From Eledone cirrhosa (Eukaryota), in NCBI GenBank assembly GCA_964016885.1, contig OZ024757.1, positions 1 through 64,000 on the forward strand: a DNA stretch of 64,000 nucleotides, given 5' to 3'. This document shows, piece by piece, positions 63,401 through 64,000 of the stretch. Below the pieces are notes generated by a model, which was not told where the DNA came from, made no database searches, and worked only from the letters and a program-made list of their open reading frames with translations. The translations under genes and the position numbers were made by a program. The number at the start of each line of letters is the position of its first letter. Within the stretch, counting starts at the first letter, position 1.

Positions 63401-64000
63401 GATAGTGACATTGGGGTGAAGACAGTAGCTACTAGGGTGAGATAGTGACATTAGGGTGAAAACAGTAGCTACTAGGGTGAGATCGTGACATTGGGGTAAA
63501 GACAGTAGCTACTAGGTTGAGATAGGGACATTGGGGTGAAGACCGTAGCTACTAGGGTGAGATAGTGACATTGGGGTAAAGACAGTAGCTCCTAGGGTGA
63601 GATAGTGACATTGGAGTGAAGACAGAAGCTATTAGGGTGAGATAGTGACATTGGAGTGAAGACAGTAGCTACTAGGGGGAGATAGTGAAATTGGGGTGAA
63701 GACAGTAGCTACTAGGGTGAGATAGTGACATTGGGGTGAAATCCGTAGCTACTAGGGTGAAATAGTGACATTGGGGTGACGATAGTAGCTACTAGGGTGA
63801 GATAGTGACATTGGGGTGAAGACAGTAGCTACACGGGTGAAATAGTGACATTGGGGTAAAGAGAGTAGCTACTAGGGTGCGATAGTGACATAGGGTTGAA
63901 GGCAGTAGCTACTAGGGTGAGATAGTGAAATTGGGGTGAAGACAGTAGCTACTAGGGTGAGATAGTGACATTGGGGTGAAGACAGTATCTACTAGGGTGA
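39477..64000. repeat. 40-bp tandem satellite, over 24.5 kb (~610 units), runs off the window end
   Basis: Consensus GGGTGAGATAGTGACATTGGGGTGAAGACAGTAGCTACTA; contiguous units with scattered substitutions and no unique spacers. Confidence 0.98.

Noticed and set aside
39477-64000. CRISPR-like array or repetitive protein (ORFs 54738-54920, 55380-55568)
   Set aside because: Units are contiguous with no unique spacers and there are no cas genes. The 40-bp period is not a multiple of 3 and stops are frequent, so the short ORFs are chance.

Overview
Eukaryotic, repeat-saturated DNA. The (TA)n/(CA)n microsatellites, tRNA-derived SINEs and tandem [11 protein letters not shown] zinc fingers suggest an octopus/cephalopod genome (inference). 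Bases 1-39.4 kb hold one apparently intact host gene, an 11-finger C2H2 zinc-finger ORF (24233-25255, minus). It sits in a mosaic of mobile elements: several families of Penelope-like elements (PLEs, one near full length with pseudo-LTRs), RTE, CR1-like and CRE-like LINE pieces, two SINE families and a helicase-deleted Helitron with both termini. From ~39.48 kb to the window end is a 40-bp satellite with higher-order structure. The main signal the ORF track does not show is RNA structure. By eye I find about 11 type-I hammerhead ribozyme motifs from roughly six PLE-type repeat families. They include a family with a compensatory U3-A8 core (UUGANAA) and a long helix II, a motif with a very long helix III, and minimal motifs with palindromic helix III. 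Many PLE copies abut (TA)n and have inverted 5' ends. All folds were read manually and not computed.
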